Shown piece by piece: positions 62,771-64,000 of a stretch of DNA of 64,000 nt. Position numbers and translations under genes: made by a program. Below the pieces are notes generated by a model. The model was given only the letters and a program-made list of their open reading frames with translations, did not search any database and had not been told where the DNA came from. Source of the DNA: Marsupella aquatica (taxonomy: Eukaryota > Plantae > Marchantiophyta). Numbering within the stretch: position 1 is the first letter of the stretch; each line of letters begins with the position of its first letter. The stretch spans positions 21,402,558 to 21,466,557 of the forward strand of contig OZ316895.1 of assembly GCA_973895155.1 (NCBI GenBank). The letters run 5' to 3'.

Positions 62771-63569
62771 CTTAATACAAGATATGGCCACCAATAAAAA
62801 TTTACGTCGTCCAATGACATCTGTAGCAACGGGAAAGGAGAATTAAATACTAGTACACAATCTTTGGCTGCCACCAATTTGTGACTTGTTTGGTGAATAG
62901 GAGTGATTCTTTATCAGCAGATTTACGTTTGGCATGAGATCAACCACATGACTCAAATGAATGAATTAAATGATCCGCTCGACTTGATGTGCTGTATCCC
63001 TAACGATCGGTGAAGTGGTCACATCGTCATCACCCTGTGTTTCATTGGGTTGATATGGTAGCTATGCGCCGTTGGCTTGTTTGCTGTCTAAGTGAATTCT
63101 GTTCAACAAGCCCTGTGAAATGCCGCCTTGGTAACATCTAATCCTGCAGCTACTGGTCCTATTCCCACGCTGGATCCTTCTGACTTTAAGCAAACTCTTG
63201 CTGTGAAGTATGCGAGGCTGTCTGGCGAACAACGTCCCAAAAGGTACAACGATGTCTTTCTCCCTCACCTACTGCGAAGGAAGTGGATGATTATTCTACT
63301 TTTACGACAAATTAACTGTTGCTGTATCAAATACGGACTCTTCATGAAGCCATTTGAGCAGTGCACATGCAAGCGGAAACGAGGCATGCACAAAAACAAC
63401 AGGGGAGTTATAGCTCTGATACGAAGTTATCATTAATAGGTGTGTCATAGATTCTATCGACATCCTTTCACTAGCTTTTACAGAAGAAAAAACTGTTCAG
63501 AATCCTCTGGAGCTTTTCAATCATAAATCTCCTATTACATTGCTGATCCCGTTTGGCTCACGTGAATTT

Positions 63570-64000
63570 ATTCATTTTATTCACTCCAAACACCTTCCCT
63601 TTGTTTCCTGCACATATGTCAGGACAAATATAGCTGCTATCGAGGAGACGGCCGAGAAGAAGGCATAAAGCATGCTCGCTCCGAGTTGTTGAAGAAGTTG
63701 TAGGAAGAAGAGTCCCACAATGAAGTTCATAATCCAGTGGACACACATTTCCACGGACATTGCTTTTGCCTTGATACGACTAGGAAAATTCTCAGGCAGC
63801 AGTAGAGATGGGACAAGGCCAAAACTAAACCCACGGCAAACATGAACACGGAGCTGAAAGTAGCAAGGAGTGAAAGATTTACTCGGAAAGGGGCCAAAAC
63901 TTTGGGACTAGCAGCAGTTGCTTGCTTTGCCATGGCCATTGCCATCCCACTGAAACTCCACAGAAGCAAGTATCGTCTCCCCTTTATATCCAATAGAACA
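63570..64000 (-). pseudogene. Processed pseudogene fragment of a plastidic glucose transporter (MFS sugar porter), running off the window edge
   Basis: MDIKGRRYLLLWSFSGMA...VFMFAVG / PVPSLLLPENFPSRIKAKAMSVEMCVHWIMNFIVGLFFLQLLQQLG / ETKGR. It has frameshifts and stops and no introns. Confidence 0.8.

Overview
Eukaryotic nuclear DNA from a land plant. The proteins, short GT-AG introns and long leaders suggest a non-seed plant such as a liverwort, but that placement is inference. Four intact protein-coding genes were reconstructed by hand: a group IIe WRKY transcription factor (minus, 3 coding exons), SWC4/DMAP1 (minus, 16 exons plus a candidate micro-exon), an h-type thioredoxin with an intronless CDS (plus), and plastid pyruvate dehydrogenase E2/LTA2 (plus, 6 exons). 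Two pseudogenes lie at the right end: a GT31 galactosyltransferase and a processed plastidic glucose transporter. The intergenic DNA is mostly transposon debris: a Copia-type solo LTR with an intact TSD, a decayed hAT, MITEs (one with a TTAA TSD), a non-autonomous Helitron, a decayed CRE-clade retrotransposon and many short tandem duplications. No CRISPR, rRNA or intact tRNA was seen. I found no convincing wholly new multi-gene system. The best leads are the CRE element, the TTAA/Kolobok-like MITE, the SWC4 micro-exon, the uORF-rich WRKY leader and a clean template-switch scar. All splice models and element boundaries are manual and need RNA-seq or alignment confirmation.
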